DNA of 64,000 bases from a bacterium (GTDB taxonomy: Bacteria > Patescibacteriota > Microgenomatia > Curtissbacterales > GWA2-41-24): positions 432,412 to 496,411 of the forward strand of contig JAKAJD010000001.1 of assembly GCA_021813945.1 (NCBI GenBank), written 5' to 3'. Below are positions 37,675 through 47,652 of the stretch, one piece after another. How positions within the stretch are numbered: position 1 is the first letter of the stretch; every line of letters starts with the position of its first letter. A program made the translations under genes and the position numbers. The notes beneath the pieces are model-generated. The model saw nothing but the letters and a program-made list of their open reading frames with translations. It did not search any database and had not been told where the DNA came from.

Positions 37675-38139
37675 TTATCGAGGTTTTTTTACCAGTTTTG
37701 CAACGTAGACAATTTCTCGGAGTTCCCCGTCTTCCCCTTCAATCTCGGTAATTCCTGAAAGTCTGTTAAATTCTCCAAGATAATCGGAAAGTGCCGATTG
37801 CAGCTCTTTCATCTGAGAACTTAGCGATTTAACCTTCTCCGCAATCGTAGCAACTGCCGGTCGCTTTAGAATCTCCGCTTTGGTTGCCGATTTAACCTTT
37901 TGAGCGGCCTTGGCGGCCTCTGCGTGCTCTTTATAAGTGGGGTCGCCTTCAAAAGTATCGGAAAGCATTGCCTTTTGTTCCGAAAGTTCAATTCTTAATT
38001 TATCGATTTGGGAAATATGGTTTTTGATAAGCCCTTCAAGCTGAATAATCAGATTTGCCTCATCTTTCTTTTCATTCAAACGAGCTCCGGAATCGTCAAC
38101 AATTTTTGCTGGTAGCTGCACAGGTTTTGAATCTGCCAT
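37675..38139 (-). CDS. Coiled-coil protein of unknown function
   Basis: Length 154 aa with heptad-like, highly charged helical composition. Confidence 0.45.
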   Translation of the reverse strand: MADSKPVQLPAKIVDDSGARLNEKKDEANLIIQLEGLIKNHISQIDKLRIELSEQKAMLSDTFEGDPTYKEHAEAAKAAQKVKSATKAEILKRPAVATIAEKVKSLSSQMKELQSALSDYLGEFNRLSGITEIEGEDGELREIVYVAKLVKKPR

Positions 38140-38198
38140 AAAAATAATTATTATATGGAATTTAGCCTAAAAACAAGACCTTGAAATTAAACCGGTTT

Positions 38199-39077
38199 CT
38201 ATGCAAGTTTCGTACCGCAGTTAACACAAAAAGAGCTTGAAGCACTATTTTCCTTACCGCACTTTGAACAAAACTTCGGCTTAACGGCTTTTGGCTCAGC
38301 CGCTTTTAGGCTCGGCAAGGCCGCAACCTTCTGCTCAACTTGGGCAAAATCGTTTCCTCTTAAAAGGTAAAAATGATAACCAAAAACCGCCGCTGCCACA
38401 ACTGTATAGCCAATAGGCGCCGCAAAACTCGAAAGCTGAATCCCAGTTGCTCCAAGTAAAAATGAAAGAAGTTGGTAAACAAACCATATTCCAAAAACAA
38501 TAATTATGGCCAAATTAATCCCCATCACCAGATAAAGATAGGATTTATAAGTGCGAAATGTAATTTTAAGTTCCGTCGAATCGGTTATTTTAGAAAGGTT
38601 CTCACTAATATGAAACCAGTGGAAAAACCAAATCGGCAGTGCAACTATTATCGTTGCCAGCCTAAACGCGACATCTCGAGTAAATGAATCGGAAGAATAA
38701 CTGGAATAGCTGGAATAATAACTGCGAGCAACAGTTGGAGCAGCTCCTCCCCAGTTATAGTTCAAAATCACCCTGATAAAATCCGCTATTCCGAAAAAAA
38801 GTATCCCAAGTGTAATAAATGAGAAAACAAAAAAATATCCTCTTTTGAACCCTTGGCCCACAAAATCTTCCTCCTCATTATATTCTGCATCCTCTTGGCC
38901 CCTTGTTGCAAGATAAAGAACTAAAACCACTACCCCGCCGGTTAAAAATGCCGCTAGCGGCCATAAGATAAAATTCCGGTGGGTTTTAATGCTGTCTGCC
39001 AAAATATAGACAGTTATTACGACTTCTAAAAGCAAAAAAAGCCAGGCAAAGTTGAAATATGAAAGGAATGGAAACAT
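38199..39077 (-). CDS. Polytopic membrane protein with a C-terminal zinc-ribbon (CSKCGKEN...CVNCGTKL) and a YSSYSSYSS repeat
   Basis: Multiple TM helices and a C-terminal CxxC-N13-CxxC motif. Confidence 0.5.
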   Translation of the reverse strand: MFPFLSYFNFAWLFLLLEVVITVYILADSIKTHRNFILWPLAAFLTGGVVVLVLYLATRGQEDAEYNEEEDFVGQGFKRGYFFVFSFITLGILFFGIADFIRVILNYNWGGAAPTVARSYYSSYSSYSSDSFTRDVAFRLATIIVALPIWFFHWFHISENLSKITDSTELKITFRTYKSYLYLVMGINLAIIIVFGIWFVYQLLSFLLGATGIQLSSFAAPIGYTVVAAAVFGYHFYLLRGNDFAQVEQKVAALPSLKAAEPKAVKPKFCSKCGKENSASSSFCVNCGTKLA

Positions 39078-40765
39078 TAGAAACTCGACTTTTTGCTTTC
39101 GGGTTTGGTTGCAACTTTTGTTTCTGACTCAGCAGGTTTAATCTCTGCATTTTTCTTTTTGCGAAACTTCAAAAACCAAACGATACCGACAACCTCCAAA
39201 AGTAAAACCAAAACGATAACGCCAAAAAACCTAAACGTCGAAACCTCAACCGCTGTATCCGCATTGACCGGAGTATCGTTAGCAGCATCCCTAAAAACCA
39301 AATCGTCCTGCATTTCCGCTGTTGTCATAGATCTTGAAAGCTTCGTTAAATACATCTTCTTTTTAGCTTTAACCCAAGGCGACTGGCCATCTGCAGAAAA
39401 AGCCAGTTTTTCTATTTGTTTTGGTGATACGAAAGAAGCGTAAGAAATGTTAAAGCCGGGTAGTTCCTTTTTGTGGTCAGCAAAAACATAAAGGAGTACC
39501 GTCTGAGAAGCATTTCCTCCATTTTTTAAGGTGCCTGCCCGTCCCAAAGAAGGCAAAATTTCTACAGTAAAATCTGTCGGCTTTGAACCTTCTTCAATTT
39601 GAACGCCGTCCCAATTGACAGTGTCGCCGTCCGAAAAACCGGATGCTGAAAGAGAAATGTTAACGCTAGAAGCCGGAGCGGTAAAAACAACGGCAAGCTG
39701 TTTCCAACTGCTGGCATCGGCAACGCTAACAGCACTAGACGAATAAGAGGTGGCGCCGGTTATATTTACCTTCAAAGATCCGCTTTTGGCGTCGGATTTT
39801 GCCCATGCGCTTGCAACATAAGTCTTGCCGGGTTTTAAATTCGAAGCGTAGCTCTGGGCAACAACATCTTGACCTGTTAAATTTGCACCGGTAGCTTGAA
39901 GCGAAACATTCCCATACTTTGCTGTTGAATTATCTAGACTTAAGTTCACTTTTGGATATGTATATTGAGTTCCGCCACCCGTTGGGGGCGTATATTTGCC
40001 TTGAAATACGCCATAAAAGTTTTCGACTCCTTGCTCAAACGAAAAGGCGGCAACTTTAGTAGAAGATGCACCCGAATCGATTCCCGGACCCGAAAGCTTC
40101 AGTGGGTAAATTATTCGATTTGTAGCAAACTTAATCTGAAGGGGCGTGGCATGTCCTTGAGATAAATAGTCTGATGCGGAAGAAGCGTCTGGATTGACCT
40201 TTACGGCCACAAAATACCAACCACCCGAAACGTAAGACTGGATAACATTAGTCCTGTCAGTTGGATACGGATAATTATGATTTGTTAGCCAATCTCTTAA
40301 ACCCTTATCGTCAGAAGCCGAAAGCACCGTAATATCAAAAATACCAGCAGTCTCCCCCTCGGAAATCGTTGGCGCAACCGGTGCGGTTTGCATATCCCGA
40401 AGACCGGAAGCTCCAAAAAGCGGCCCAATTGGCCCGGTATTCGTTCTATACTTGGGAACGGTCAAGTCCGCAAGAGATGTAAAAAGCTCGTCGCTCGCCT
40501 TCTCTACCGTTGGTTTGGAAGGCACCGGAATCAGCCAACCAAAATCGCTAGGGTTACCCTGAAAAACAGTCGAGATGGTAAGCGTCTCTTGGCCGTTTTC
40601 ATACCAAATAACACCCTTTTGGCCCGTTTCGGAAAACGGGTACGAAGCAATATTTGGATCTCTAACAGGACTTGAAGGGTTAACCAACTCAAGAGATGCG
40701 AAAACCGGAATGGGTGCAAGAACCAGCACCAACAAAAAGACTAATGTGGCAAGACTTTTTCTCAC
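39077..40765 (-). CDS. Cell-surface protein: signal peptide, large extracytoplasmic domain with a carbohydrate-binding-like segment, C-terminal TM anchor and basic tail
   Basis: The track ORF starts at a TTG at 40804. A GTG with a GGAG SD at 40765 gives an MRKSLATLVFLLVLVLAPIPVFA signal peptide. The C-terminal hydrophobic helix plus KFRKKK is a stop-transfer anchor. Confidence 0.5.
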   Translation of the reverse strand: MRKSLATLVFLLVLVLAPIPVFASLELVNPSSPVRDPNIASYPFSETGQKGVIWYENGQETLTISTVFQGNPSDFGWLIPVPSKPTVEKASDELFTSLADLTVPKYRTNTGPIGPLFGASGLRDMQTAPVAPTISEGETAGIFDITVLSASDDKGLRDWLTNHNYPYPTDRTNVIQSYVSGGWYFVAVKVNPDASSASDYLSQGHATPLQIKFATNRIIYPLKLSGPGIDSGASSTKVAAFSFEQGVENFYGVFQGKYTPPTGGGTQYTYPKVNLSLDNSTAKYGNVSLQATGANLTGQDVVAQSYASNLKPGKTYVASAWAKSDAKSGSLKVNITGATSYSSSAVSVADASSWKQLAVVFTAPASSVNISLSASGFSDGDTVNWDGVQIEEGSKPTDFTVEILPSLGRAGTLKNGGNASQTVLLYVFADHKKELPGFNISYASFVSPKQIEKLAFSADGQSPWVKAKKKMYLTKLSRSMTTAEMQDDLVFRDAANDTPVNADTAVEVSTFRFFGVIVLVLLLEVVGIVWFLKFRKKKNAEIKPAESETKVATKPESKKSSF

Positions 40766-40811
40766 CTTAACTCCATTATAGAAACAAACTAGCCGAAAAA
40801 ACAAAGGACAG

Positions 40812-40827
40812 AAAAAGGTCAGGCTTT
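40812..40827. repeat. Copy of the dispersed palindrome family (AAAAAGGTCAGGCTTT), nearly identical to the copy at 13457
   Basis: Read directly from sequence. It lies immediately upstream of the surface-protein gene. Confidence 0.5.
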
Positions 40828-40872
40828 ACGAAAGCCAAGCAATCGAACTTTAATCGCTTATTCAATTGAAAT

Positions 40873-41415
40873 TTACCGGACGTGCGGACCTTTGGCCCTA
40901 TCCCGAGCCACATCTACAATCCAACCTGCCAAGGGTTCCAAAAAAGTTGCCTCAGCATCATGAATATTCGGCGCTAAATGAGAAAATTTGTCTACTAAAT
41001 GATGGTTTTTGAATAACCGGCCAACAACAACCTTGCCTCCTTCAGTAAGAACTTGGGCTGCATGCGGTCCTTTCCTTACAGCTTCAATAGCTGATTTAGC
41101 AAGAGGAGGGCCAACTTCAAGATAAAACGACGGTTTTCCGGCAACAGCCGCTTTTTGCAAAATCACAGAAACTCTGCTCCCAGTCTCAGGATTCAGACCC
41201 AGCCTGCTGAAAAGGATCTTTACGTCATGAGGAGCTCGATGCATTTCCCCCCAAGTTAACTCGAATGTTTCAGTCAGCTCATTACTACGCTTTGATTTAG
41301 GCCTTAACCTCCAGAGCTCGTGCAATTTATTTCCGGTTCGCGAAACTAAGGTTTCGGGGCCTCCTTGTTGGACTGTTTCGTGGCTCATAGTAGTAAATGA
41401 TAAATTAACTGGCAA
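40873..41415 (-). CDS. Hypothetical protein (180 aa)
   Basis: ORF with no competing ORF. I could not place it in a family. Confidence 0.35.
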   Translation of the reverse strand: MPVNLSFTTMSHETVQQGGPETLVSRTGNKLHELWRLRPKSKRSNELTETFELTWGEMHRAPHDVKILFSRLGLNPETGSRVSVILQKAAVAGKPSFYLEVGPPLAKSAIEAVRKGPHAAQVLTEGGKVVVGRLFKNHHLVDKFSHLAPNIHDAEATFLEPLAGWIVDVARDRAKGPHVR

Positions 41416-41457
41416 TATTATGTCAAGAAGATTATTGGACTGAAAAAAGTTCTATAT

Positions 41458-41844
41458 TTGGCACCAAAACTATATAATGCCCTTATGAAACCATTTTCTA
41501 TTGCTGCAAACTGGATTATTTCCGCACTTGCTCTTTTAGTTGTTTCCCGATACGTTCCTGGATTTCATGTTAACTCGTTTACAACGGCGTTGGTTGTGGC
41601 AATCGGGCTGGGCATAATAAATGCCCTCATAAAACCGATTATTCTGATTCTAACCCTTCCCATAAATATTCTCACTCTTGGTTTATTTACTTTTGTCATA
41701 AACGCATTACTTCTGCTTTTAGTGGCCAAATTAGTTCCAGGCTTTACAATAGACGGTTTCATTCCCGCATTAATTGGCGCAGTTGTCCTCTGGCTAATAT
41801 CAACAATCGTGCATTTGGTACCGTTCCCTGTTAAAGCAGCCTAA
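41458..41844 (+). CDS. Phage-holin-family-4 / DUF360-like small membrane protein (4 TM helices)
   Basis: Length 128 aa with a repeated ...L(V)PGF.V..F..AL... motif. This family is common as a chromosomal membrane protein and is not by itself evidence of a prophage. Confidence 0.6.
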   Translation: MAPKLYNALMKPFSIAANWIISALALLVVSRYVPGFHVNSFTTALVVAIGLGIINALIKPIILILTLPINILTLGLFTFVINALLLLLVAKLVPGFTIDGFIPALIGAVVLWLISTIVHLVPFPVKAA

Positions 41845-41892
41845 AACTCTTGCGCTGGTCTGATATAATTTTTCTGCTACTCCTGTCCTCTT

Positions 41893-42435
41893 TTGATGAA
41901 CAATCTTAAAATCGCGATACTAATTTCCATAATTACTATTCTGGCGCTAGGTGGATTCTATTATCTTTACACGAAAAACCTCCAAAAAACCAAGAAGGCT
42001 AACGTAGAGCAAGCTCAAACTTCTCAGTCAAATTTTCCTTCTGCTTCCGCATCTGCAAGCCCAGTTGAAAACACCCAAGAAACCCAAACAAAATTTCCCT
42101 CGACACAACCTGAAACCGGCACAGCCCAAATACAAGTGCAAGGAGAGGGAATTCAAATTGAATCGCCGGCAAACGGAGCACAAATTACCTCGCCGGTAAC
42201 TATAACTGGAGCCGCCAACGTACCAAACGGGCTTGTTGTTGAGGTTAAAGACGCAAACGGCCAAATACTTGGTATTCGCAAAGCTGAAGCATGTTTCGGT
42301 TATAATGCTTGTCCTTTTTTCACCTCAGTGGTTTTTTCCAGCCCTGCAACTGCCAACGGGCAAATCACAGTTTATAGTCCTTCGCTTTCAGGCGATGCTC
42401 CGGAATATACCCAAACCGTTCCCGTCACATTTTAA
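41893..42435 (+). CDS. Membrane-anchored Gmad2 immunoglobulin-like domain protein
   Basis: An N-terminal TM helix. The C-terminal ~100 aa have the ...SP..G..I.SPV.I.G.A......EV.D.NG... Gmad2-like pattern. Confidence 0.55.
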   Translation: MMNNLKIAILISIITILALGGFYYLYTKNLQKTKKANVEQAQTSQSNFPSASASASPVENTQETQTKFPSTQPETGTAQIQVQGEGIQIESPANGAQITSPVTITGAANVPNGLVVEVKDANGQILGIRKAEACFGYNACPFFTSVVFSSPATANGQITVYSPSLSGDAPEYTQTVPVTF

Positions 42436-42461
42436 ATTTCTCCCAAAGTTCCGATTAGCTA

Positions 42462-43964
42462 GTGTACAATAAGCCTTGTATGGCAACACCAAAAGACATA
42501 GAAGATGTCAAAAAAAGCGCTTCGGTGTTTGTAATTTTTGGTGCAACCGGGGACCTTTCCAGAAGAAAAATTTTCCCTTCTTTTTTCGAACTATCGAAGA
42601 ATAGTCTCCTTCCAGAAAAATTCAAAATAATAGCTTGTGCCAGGTCAAAATTCACCTCAAGCGATTTTACAGATAGTTTAAAAGAGTTAATCAATCCAAA
42701 AGATCCAAAGTCTTGGGAGGCTTTTGCCAAAAAAATCGAATATGTTTCCGCCGATGTCGAAAAAAATATCGATCTGCCAAAAGTTTCTGCCGCAATTTCA
42801 AAATTCGAAGATGCCGCCCAAGTTTGCCCCCAGCAAATCTTCTACATGGCAATTTCGCCTTTTATTTTTAAAGAGTCTATCAAAAACCTCGGCAAAAATA
42901 AACTTAATTTAGGTTGTTCCCGCCACCCAAAGCGAGCAAGAATAGTAATCGAAAAGCCTTTTGGATTCGATCTAAAATCAGCTTTAGAGCTAGACGCCCA
43001 ACTTCACGAACTTTTTGAGGAAAACCACATCTACAGAATCGACCATTTCTTAGGCAAAGAAACTGTCCAGAATATTTTTGCCTTCCGCTTTGGCAATGAA
43101 CTTTTCGAACCAATTTGGAACAACCTTTATGTAGACAACGTGCAGATAACTGCAGCTGAACGCATAGGCATTGAAAGACGGGGCGAGTACTACGACAAAA
43201 CAGGAGCCCTTCGCGACTTCATCCAAAACCATCTCCTGCAGCTTTTGGCAATAACTACCATGGAAATGCCTGGGAAATTTGACCACAACCACATCCGTGA
43301 CAAAAAACTGGAAATAATAAAAAGCATCAAAAAATTAACAGCAGATGAAGTTGTTTCATCAACAGTTCGAGGCCAATATGAGGGATATCGCCAAGAAGAA
43401 AAGGTTGACCCGAACTCCCAAACCGAAACCTATGCAATGGTTAAGTTTGAAATCGAAAACAAAAGATGGCAAGGAGTCCCCTTTTATCTTCGGACTGGAA
43501 AACACCTAGAGGGTAAAGTTTCTTCTATTATCTTTTCTTTCAAAGAAAAAGGCCACAAATTTTTCGAAAATTTCTGGGACAGGTCCATGCCAAACCATAT
43601 AACCTTGCAAATTCAGCCAAACGAAGGAATCGGCATACGCCTAGTTGCAAAAAAGCCCGGCTTAACAACTGCGCTTGAACCGGTCGACATGGAATTTTGC
43701 TACAGGACATCTTTTGATACACCGCAACCGGACGCGTACGAAAGGCTTTTGATGGATATTATGATTGGTGACCAGACGCTATTTTTGGGCGATGTCACCG
43801 AAAGCTGGAAGCTCATTGACCCTATCGAGGAAGTTTGGCAAAGCGGCAAACCGCCACTCCACATTTACAAACACGGTTCTTGGGGACCCGAAGCTGCTGA
43901 CGAGTTTATCAAAAAAGAAGGCAGCGAGTGGCTTGCGCCTCTTCTCACAATCTGCAAAATCTAG
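42462..43964 (+). CDS. zwf: Glucose-6-phosphate 1-dehydrogenase
   Basis: IFGATGDLSRRK NADP motif. RIDHFLGKE active-site motif. Length 500 aa. Confidence 0.9.
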   Translation: MYNKPCMATPKDIEDVKKSASVFVIFGATGDLSRRKIFPSFFELSKNSLLPEKFKIIACARSKFTSSDFTDSLKELINPKDPKSWEAFAKKIEYVSADVEKNIDLPKVSAAISKFEDAAQVCPQQIFYMAISPFIFKESIKNLGKNKLNLGCSRHPKRARIVIEKPFGFDLKSALELDAQLHELFEENHIYRIDHFLGKETVQNIFAFRFGNELFEPIWNNLYVDNVQITAAERIGIERRGEYYDKTGALRDFIQNHLLQLLAITTMEMPGKFDHNHIRDKKLEIIKSIKKLTADEVVSSTVRGQYEGYRQEEKVDPNSQTETYAMVKFEIENKRWQGVPFYLRTGKHLEGKVSSIIFSFKEKGHKFFENFWDRSMPNHITLQIQPNEGIGIRLVAKKPGLTTALEPVDMEFCYRTSFDTPQPDAYERLLMDIMIGDQTLFLGDVTESWKLIDPIEEVWQSGKPPLHIYKHGSWGPEAADEFIKKEGSEWLAPLLTICKI

Positions 43965-43967
43965 AGG

Positions 43968-44056
43968 TTAAGGCCAGGCCTTAACTTTTGATCATTCTAT
44001 TTAAAAGGCCTGGCCTTCTGCGCAGATAATTCATTTCCCAACAAAGGCCTGACCTT
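43968..44056. repeat. Three copies of the dispersed palindrome (TTAAGGCCAGGCCTTAA, AAGGCCTGGCCTT, AAGGCCTGACCTT) in the convergent zwf/gnd spacer
   Basis: Read directly from sequence. The first is a perfect 17-mer palindrome. They probably act as bidirectional terminator-like or protein-binding elements. Confidence 0.6.
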
Positions 44057-44103
44057 GGAGGCTAAAGGTGGCAAGTTAGCACGGTAAATTAGCAAAATGG
44101 AAG

Positions 44104-45033
44104 CTACTTTTTCTTGACAGGATGTCCGCCGAAGGCAATTCTAAGCGACCCAACTAAACGAGCCGCAAATGACCTTTGAATTTTTTCATCTATCTCCGAT
44201 TCCCGCCTTATCTCTAAAGACCTTTTAATAATTTCTATTGGTAAGTCATTTTTCTTTGCATAATCAACAGTCCAAACAGTCTCACCCGAAGCGCTGCCAA
44301 TAACTCCTGCAACCTGCTCCATTTGGGGGTCATTTTCTAACGCCTCAATAGTTCTCTCCATCATAAACCCGGAAATCAGTGTCCCTTTCTGGTAAAGCCT
44401 GCTCACCTTTTCCAGATCCAATTTATAAGGCGCTTTTTCCAAAACCCCAAAACCTTCACCAATTGCCTGCATGTAGCCGTACTCAATTGCGTTATGGACC
44501 ATTTTGACAAAATGCCCGGCGCCGCTTTCACCAAAATAATCATAACCACCATGAGGTTTTGCCAAGGAATCTAAAATGGGACGAATGTGCTCAAATGCAG
44601 ATTTATCTCCGCCAGCCATCATCGGATAACCTTCCGTCGCAGCAATCAACCCCCCGGAAACTCCGATCCCCAAAAACCTTACATTTTTCTCCTTAAACTT
44701 TTTGGCTTCTTCTTCTGTATCTGAAAATTTCGAATTTCCTCCATCAACCGCTACATCGTTAGCATCTACATATTTCCTAACCTCAGCCAAAACCTCTTTC
44801 GTTGCATCACCAGCCGGCACCATTGACCAAACAACTCGCGGAGCTTCAAGTCCTTTGACTAAATCTTCAATGGAGTCCGCTGAACCCAATTTCCAGTCTG
44901 GTTTTGAATCTTTTTTCAGCTCATCAACCTTAGTTGATGTCCTATTCCAAACCACAACCTCATGACCTTCACTAAGAAGCTTTATAACCATCCTATTTCC
45001 CATTTTGCCAAGTCCAATAAATCCTATTTTCAT
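44104..45033 (-). CDS. gnd: 6-phosphogluconate dehydrogenase, short NAD(P)-binding form
   Basis: N-terminal MKIGFIGLGKMG. Length about 300 aa. It sits next to pgl and zwf. Confidence 0.8.
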   Translation of the reverse strand: MKIGFIGLGKMGNRMVIKLLSEGHEVVVWNRTSTKVDELKKDSKPDWKLGSADSIEDLVKGLEAPRVVWSMVPAGDATKEVLAEVRKYVDANDVAVDGGNSKFSDTEEEAKKFKEKNVRFLGIGVSGGLIAATEGYPMMAGGDKSAFEHIRPILDSLAKPHGGYDYFGESGAGHFVKMVHNAIEYGYMQAIGEGFGVLEKAPYKLDLEKVSRLYQKGTLISGFMMERTIEALENDPQMEQVAGVIGSASGETVWTVDYAKKNDLPIEIIKRSLEIRRESEIDEKIQRSFAARLVGSLRIAFGGHPVKKK

Positions 45034-45094
45034 AACTTTGTTAAGTTTACAATTTTTAAATTTTTATTTATAGTTTTGACTTTTGAATTTTGAC

Positions 45095-45766
45095 TTAAAT
45101 CTGTATATCAGTTATTAAATACGATTTTATCTTACTTTTTCTATAAAAAATCGCAGGGTATTTTTGCATATCATTTTCCTTCTCATCGAGCATAATCTTA
45201 ACCGCCTCACGCTTTGCAGCACCAAACATCATAACCACAAATCCCGTAAATTCGCCAAGCGCCCTCATCGTAATTGTAATTCTTAAAGGAAATTTATCCT
45301 CAACTTCTTCCGCTTCCACAAAATTAGGACTTTTAGCAGCGACACTATATGGGAAAATCCCTGCCGTGTGCAGATTATCGCCGACTCCCATCACGCCTAC
45401 TTTATTTTTAAACATTGAAAAAAGCTGTTCGATATCCTTCTCGTAACTTTTTGCCGTTTCCAAAAAGTCTTCTCCTCTTAAAACTTTATGCGATTCAACA
45501 CACTTTTCGTCTACAAAATCCTTAACTCCTGCGTTTTTCATCAAAAGCTCGTTGCTATTTTCGTGAAATGGCTCACCGTATCTTTCGTCTACAACACAAA
45601 TCGCACCGGGCACAACATCGCCGGGTCCAACAAGCATCACGCCATAATCCATTGAGGTCCCGCCCGAAAGCGCCAAAAGCGTTTCTCCGTTTACAATTTT
45701 TTTGAGAATGTCATGCGCCTTTCGCTGTCCCTCATCCCGATCTTTAACTTTGACAACATCTATCAC
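45095..45766 (-). CDS. pgl: 6-phosphogluconolactonase (NagB/Pgl family)
   Basis: LALSGGTS motif. Length 223 aa. The PPP context favours Pgl over a glucosamine-6-P deaminase. Confidence 0.7.
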   Translation of the reverse strand: MIDVVKVKDRDEGQRKAHDILKKIVNGETLLALSGGTSMDYGVMLVGPGDVVPGAICVVDERYGEPFHENSNELLMKNAGVKDFVDEKCVESHKVLRGEDFLETAKSYEKDIEQLFSMFKNKVGVMGVGDNLHTAGIFPYSVAAKSPNFVEAEEVEDKFPLRITITMRALGEFTGFVVMMFGAAKREAVKIMLDEKENDMQKYPAIFYRKSKIKSYLITDIQI

Positions 45767-47113
45767 TTATTTAACCTTCCATTTTGGACCCGCAGCTGTG
45801 TCTTCGACCTCCACACCCATACCTTTTAACTGATCCCTAATCTTATCAGACCCAGCAAAGTCACCTCTTTTTCTAAACTCTTCCCTCTTGTCAATTAATT
45901 CTCTGGCCCCTTCTGGAAGTTGTGCTTTTTTGACATCTGAAAGATCCAATCCCAAAACCTCGTCCATTACCAAAGCTGACTTATGTTTAGCTGACGCAGG
46001 ATAATCGCTTTTTACCATTTCCCAAAAAATGGCAACCGCCTTCGGCATATTTAAATCATCACTAACTGCTTTTTTGAAATTATCTTCAAATTCTGCACAA
46101 CCTACCTTTGGTTCTTCCCAAGTCGAAACTTCATTTTTCAAGTTTGAAAGTGCCCTTTGAGCCGCTTCTAAGCTTTCCCAAGTAAAGTTTAACTTGGATC
46201 GATAGTGTGCCGTTAAAAACAGGTAGCGCAAAGCCAACGGGTCAAAACCCTTTTTAGAAATATCCGAAAGCGTGTAAATATTGCCAAGCCGTTTGGCCAT
46301 TTTCTCCCCATTTACTAGCAAATGCTCACCTTCCATCCATACATTCACAAACTTTTTGCCAGTTGAAGCTTCCGACTGGGCGATTTCATTTTCGTGATGG
46401 GGAAAAAGCAAATCCACACCGCCTGTATGAATATCAAAAGTCTCTCCCAAATATTGGGTACTCATCGCCGAACATTCGATGTGCCAACCTGGCCGGCCGA
46501 TTCCCCATGGCGAATCAAAAGCCTCGTGCCGGCTTTTTGCATCACTATCAGAAGCTTTCCAAAGCACAAAGTCCTGAGGATTATCCTTGTCGTATTCGTC
46601 TACATCTACTCGCGCCCCCGCTTTAACGCCCTTAACATTAGTTCCGGAAAGTTTGCCGTAATCTTTAAACTTGGAAATCGAAAAGTATACCGAACCGTCT
46701 TTGACATACGCCAAACCTTTGTCGATCAACGAACCAACCATCTTCAACATCTGATCAATGTGTTCCGTCGCCTGCGGATATACGTCAGCAGGAAGAATAT
46801 TGAGCCTCCCCAAGTCCGCAAAGAAAGCGTCTGTATATTCCTTTGTGAGTTCGTTTATGGGAATTTTTTCTTCTTTAGCTTTGTTAATTATCTTGTCGTC
46901 TATATCTGTGATATTCATCACATGCTTTACCTTATAGTCATTGAAAACAAGCGCGCGCCTTAAAATATCTTCAAAAACAAACGTGCGCCAGTTACCAATA
47001 TGCACAAAGTTGTAAACCGTTGGCCCGCAGGTATACAAACCAACATTTGGAGGATTTATCGGTTTAAACTCCTCAACTTTCCGGGTCAAATAATTGTAAA
47101 GCTTTAGGGACAT
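45767..47113 (-). CDS. cysS: Cysteine--tRNA ligase
   Basis: HIGN (HIGH-class) motif. KMAKRLGN (KMSKS). Zinc ligands. Length 448 aa. Confidence 0.9.
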   Translation of the reverse strand: MSLKLYNYLTRKVEEFKPINPPNVGLYTCGPTVYNFVHIGNWRTFVFEDILRRALVFNDYKVKHVMNITDIDDKIINKAKEEKIPINELTKEYTDAFFADLGRLNILPADVYPQATEHIDQMLKMVGSLIDKGLAYVKDGSVYFSISKFKDYGKLSGTNVKGVKAGARVDVDEYDKDNPQDFVLWKASDSDAKSRHEAFDSPWGIGRPGWHIECSAMSTQYLGETFDIHTGGVDLLFPHHENEIAQSEASTGKKFVNVWMEGEHLLVNGEKMAKRLGNIYTLSDISKKGFDPLALRYLFLTAHYRSKLNFTWESLEAAQRALSNLKNEVSTWEEPKVGCAEFEDNFKKAVSDDLNMPKAVAIFWEMVKSDYPASAKHKSALVMDEVLGLDLSDVKKAQLPEGARELIDKREEFRKRGDFAGSDKIRDQLKGMGVEVEDTAAGPKWKVK

Positions 47114-47115
47114 AT

Positions 47116-47652
47116 TTAAACTTGAGCAAGTTTCTGCATTAGTTGAACAAAATTTCTAGCGGAAGCTTGATCTGAATGTGTTTCAAGCCAAGTTGAGATT
47201 TCACCTACGGCCGCCTCACCTTTCGCCACGCCAACAATGAAGTCAAAAATTTCATCGTCGGGAACATCATCCCGCAACCCATAACCATGCTCAAAAAGAT
47301 ACCACTCAGTCATTGCAAAGCCAACTCTCTTGTTTCCATCAACATATGGATGGTTTTGAATTAAAGAACGCATCAGTGCAGCAGCTTGGTTAAACACTGT
47401 CTGATGTAACATTTCGCCACCAAAAGAGGCGAAAGGCGCCGCAACTGCAGATCTTAGGCCACCTTCATCGCGTATTCCAGGAGTTCCGCCTGTTTCCTCT
47501 ATTATCCTGTCATGGAACGTTTTAGTCTGGTGAAGTAAATTGTCAACATGTTCACTAATTCTTTCAAAACCACGACGCCCCTGTTCTCCTGCGACCCCCT
47601 GCTTACCCTCGCTCATTACCCCTATCCCTGTCGTATTCAGCAAGGCGCCCAT
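47116..47652 (-). CDS. Doc/Fic-family (death-on-curing type) toxin domain protein
   Basis: HPYVDGNKRVG matches the Doc H-x-F-x-(D/N)-G-N-K-R motif. The track start is a TTG at 47688. I prefer the ATG with an AAGGCGAGG SD at 47652. Confidence 0.6.
   Translation of the reverse strand: MGALLNTTGIGVMSEGKQGVAGEQGRRGFERISEHVDNLLHQTKTFHDRIIEETGGTPGIRDEGGLRSAVAAPFASFGGEMLHQTVFNQAAALMRSLIQNHPYVDGNKRVGFAMTEWYLFEHGYGLRDDVPDDEIFDFIVGVAKGEAAVGEISTWLETHSDQASARNFVQLMQKLAQV

Noticed and set aside
41458-41844. Possible prophage, suggested by the phage-holin-family protein
   Set aside because: There are no capsid, terminase, integrase, endolysin or tRNA attachment features anywhere nearby. This 4-TM family is widespread as a stand-alone chromosomal membrane protein.
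43968-44056. Interpreting the palindromes as classical intrinsic terminators
   Set aside because: Stems are only 6-8 bp with 2-4 GC pairs and 1-3-nt loops. Most copies lack a following U-tract. Several lie upstream of genes rather than after them. I kept them as a repeat family of unknown function instead.
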